Shown: positions 59,508 through 62,005 of the stretch, in pieces
Numbering within the stretch: position 1 is the first letter of the stretch
Layout: each line of letters opens with the position of its first letter
From: a virus
Lineage: Duplodnaviria; Caudoviricetes
Direction: 5' to 3' (one strand)
Virus record (IMG/VR): IMGVR_UViG_3300037247_002096
Location: 1-62,005 of that record
Length of the DNA: 62,005 nt
Program-made: the position numbers and the translations under genes
Notes under the pieces: generated by a model
The model's database searches: none
What the model was told of the DNA's origin: nothing
What the model saw: the letters and a program-made list of their open reading frames with translations, nothing else

Positions 59508-59894
59508 TTGGAGAAACTTGTGCAAATCAGCAGGGATTTTTTTCAATCCGAATTTGAGTGTCCCTGCATACTTTGCAAAGAATCCGGCCACAGCACATTT
59601 GTAATTGACAATCTACTTTTGGATAAGTTACAGGAAGTGCGCGATGAACTCAAACAACCCATTGTCATTAATTCTGGCTTCCGGTGCGACACCCATAACA
59701 AAACAGTTGGCGGAAAAACCACATCCTCACATTTACTTGGAAGAGCTGCGGATATTGGCATTCTCGTACCATCTTATCGTTATGAACTTCTACGTATCTT
59801 GCTCACTAAATTCAACCGCATAGGCATCGGTAAAGAATTCATCCATGTCGATGTCGATCATGACAAAACCCAAAATTTAACTTGGGTTTATTGA
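59508..59894 (+). CDS. Peptidase M15A-family endolysin
   Basis: EFECPC, INSGFRC..HN..VGG...SSH..GRAADI, FIHVD. Confidence 0.9.
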   Translation: MEKLVQISRDFFQSEFECPCILCKESGHSTFVIDNLLLDKLQEVRDELKQPIVINSGFRCDTHNKTVGGKTTSSHLLGRAADIGILVPSYRYELLRILLTKFNRIGIGKEFIHVDVDHDKTQNLTWVY

Positions 59895-59895
59895 T

Positions 59896-60177
59896 ATGCC
59901 TCTATCAATCGAACGCTCGGCCCCCATCGATGTAACAAAAACCAACCCCATTCAAAGGCTGTTCTCCGTTGGTGATAAAGACACTATAGGCAGTTTTACT
60001 ATTGCCTTCGATAACACCAATCCATTCCCCCATATTGAACTTGTCATACAAACGGGTTTGGGCCTGGGTTTTATAGATTTGGGTAGCATTGTGATCGAAA
60101 GCTTCATGCTGGATCTAGACCTTGGCATCATGTTTGACCAGGACTTGAACCCAATGTATTCGGAGCCTTACCCATAA
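59896..60177 (+). CDS. Hypothetical protein
   Basis: Coupled to the next gene (TAATG). Confidence 0.55.
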   Translation: MPLSIERSAPIDVTKTNPIQRLFSVGDKDTIGSFTIAFDNTNPFPHIELVIQTGLGLGFIDLGSIVIESFMLDLDLGIMFDQDLNPMYSEPYP

Positions 60178-62005
60178 TGGGCACTTCACACGCCCTTTCA
60201 TTGGGCCAAAATAACCACGCCTTCACCGCCAACCCAAATGTCTTGGGGACAGGATACTCCGACATCGCGGCCAGAGATGCGGATTCCATATTTAACACAA
60301 ACGCAGACAACATCAATAATGTAGTCCGGGTCGAGGATTCGGACGGCGGTGGGACCGTTGGATATTTCGTGCTTGTGTCCACTGTGCCGCTTTGGGTAGG
60401 AATCGCAGGAGCCATTGGCCCTGGCACTGATACGTGGACTGCGTTGCTCGATACGCCGGGTGCAATATCGGCTGGTTTGGTGGTGCAAGGCAACGCCGGT
60501 GGGACGGCTCTTGAATTTGGTCAGGATTTAAATACAACTGGAAACCCGATATTCAACCTTCTCAGCCTTGCTGGTAATCTTGTATTCACGGGTGTTGGAA
60601 CCGGGACGATTATCAGTGTTGGTGATCTTTTAATAAACCCTGTTAGTGGTGATTTTAGAGTCAGTGCATCCGTTATTCCTGATTTTGACGACAATGATTT
60701 TCTAGGCACGGCTTCAAACCGATGGCTTGGCCTATTCATAGGGGGTGTTACCGCACCTGCTGAAATCAATTTTAAAGATGATCTTGAGTTCAACGCAACT
60801 GGGTCGGGCACGATTGCATCTCGACTGGCCACCACGTCTACTGATGTTGACCTTGAAATCATTGCACCGAATATTGCGGGTCGGGCAAGTCTTAATTTCA
60901 GAGATGTCAGTGATGTGTTGCGTTCATCTATTGAGTTTGACGATGGCTTAGATCAGCTGATTATTAATAGTGACACGATTTTAACTTTAGACGCCACCAC
61001 ACTGATCGAGGCAAAACAAAATTTTACCCTTTCGCATACCCAGAACGGGTCAGATGTTTTTCTTGAGGTGATCAATGAAAGTCTCACTCCCGGCAGTGGT
61101 GCTGTTCTTTTTCTTGGCGTGGCTGGTTCAACAGCCGGTGATCCTTATATTCATTTTGGCGTGACTGCTGGTGAACAATGGTCTATGGGGGCGGACAACT
61201 CATTCGGCGACCAGTTCAAAATATCAAACAGTGCCATTCTCGGTGTCAATGACTTCCTGGTCATTAATCCAGATACCAATATTATCACTATATCCGCCGA
61301 CTTGGTTCCGGATACCGATGGTGGCCGGAATTTAGGATCGGTACTCTTGCGTTGGAATACATTTTTCACTGCTTCGGTGATTGATTATATTGGCCCGTTG
61401 GAATTTACCAGTCAAGACGGGACGCACATGACGTTTAATACTAGCCCGACCACTTCTGACATTAATATTTTCTCTCCTGATGCTGTAGCTGGTAAAGCAC
61501 AGATCAATTTATTTGACAGCTTGGGCGCACAACAGGCATCGCTTCAATTTGATGAAGCAACGGGTTTTATGGACTTGGTTTCTGATAGCACTATTGGCTT
61601 ACAAGTCGGGTCGGGTGGTTCTGTTGGAATTCAACAATTAGGTGGTGGCGCAACCTTTAAGGTGTTCGACCTCGTTAACTCATCTGGTTCATTCGGTGCT
61701 TCGGTTGCAAGCTATGTTGGGAGCATTACACCTATTGGAAATATCACGGCAAATCCTGGAGACATTTATTATCGGGCAGTTGCGGCGAACCCCGAATTTT
61801 GGATTCACAAGGGCAGTGGATCGGACGATTCAAGTTGGGAAGAAATCCCCAGCATCCCTGGAGGCTTCACCGGAACGCTTGTCACCACGCCGGATGTTCT
61901 GACTGATTTGGCCATTGTGATTGGCGGCGGCACAAGTGTTGTTCAATCCGGGGATGGGGGCATTGCCGGAACGGTCACGCTTGATGCGGACGCTATTACT
62001 TTCAC
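60177..62005 (+). CDS. 5' part of the giant tail fibre/appendage gene (continues into 1-3653); missed by the ORF track
   Basis: ATG at 60177 (MGTSHALSLGQNNHAF...); apparently open to the contig end, in frame with ORF 30-3653. Confidence 0.8.
   Translation, partial: MGTSHALSLGQNNHAFTANPNVLGTGYSDIAARDADSIFNTNADNINNVVRVEDSDGGGTVGYFVLVSTVPLWVGIAGAIGPGTDTWTALLDTPGAISAGLVVQGNAGGTALEFGQDLNTTGNPIFNLLSLAGNLVFTGVGTGTIISVGDLLINPVSGDFRVSASVIPDFDDNDFLGTASNRWLGLFIGGVTAPAEINFKDDLEFNATGSGTIASRLATTSTDVDLEIIAPNIAGRASLNFRDVSDVLRSSIEFDDGLDQLIINSDTILTLDATTLIEAKQNFTLSHTQNGSDVFLEVINESLTPGSGAVLFLGVAGSTAGDPYIHFGVTAGEQWSMGADNSFGDQFKISNSAILGVNDFLVINPDTNIITISADLVPDTDGGRNLGSVLLRWNTFFTASVIDYIGPLEFTSQDGTHMTFNTSPTTSDINIFSPDAVAGKAQINLFDSLGAQQASLQFDEATGFMDLVSDSTIGLQVGSGGSVGIQQLGGGATFKVFDLVNSSGSFGASVASYVGSITPIGNITANPGDIYYRAVAANPEFWIHKGSGSDDSSWEEIPSIPGGFTGTLVTTPDVLTDLAIVIGGGTSVVQSGDGGIAGTVTLDADAITF
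61879..62005. repeat. Terminal direct repeat, right copy
   Basis: Identical to 1-127. Confidence 0.95.

Noticed and set aside
1-62005. Genome-wide TAG recoding suggested by the suppressor tRNA
   Set aside because: Structural and accessory genes are full-length in the standard code, and TAG ends several genes at sensible boundaries.
61879-62005. Physical terminal repeat of the virion DNA
   Set aside because: 127 bp is a common assembler k-mer overlap, and it falls inside a gene.

Overview
The window is a complete circular ~61.9-kb temperate phage genome: bases 1-127 are repeated at 61879-62005. It has a P22-like podovirus morphogenesis module (terminase, portal, scaffold, coat, gp4/gp10-like, three ejection proteins, tail fibres) plus a repressor, replication initiator and tyrosine integrase. 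A probable attP contains the 5' half of tRNA-Glu. The main signal is an RNA-guided TIGR-Tas-type system. A nuclease-less Nop/IS110-like protein (34333-35403) is followed directly by a 26-unit dual-repeat array with a 36-nt period (AGTCA-N9-AGAAAMCCA-N9-AGCG). A second orphan 38-unit array with the same repeats lies 17 kb away and shows half-spacer shuffling. Other notable items are an amber-suppressor tRNA next to a Pth2-like gene and an amber-containing leader minigene, two copies of an unknown structured RNA, and a motif-delimited defence/anti-defence cassette array. The phage also carries host-like genes: type IV pilin and PilX-like genes with sigma54 promoters, a heme-c chemoreceptor, outer-membrane barrels and KhpA. 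All protein calls come from motif recognition by eye; no database search was run.
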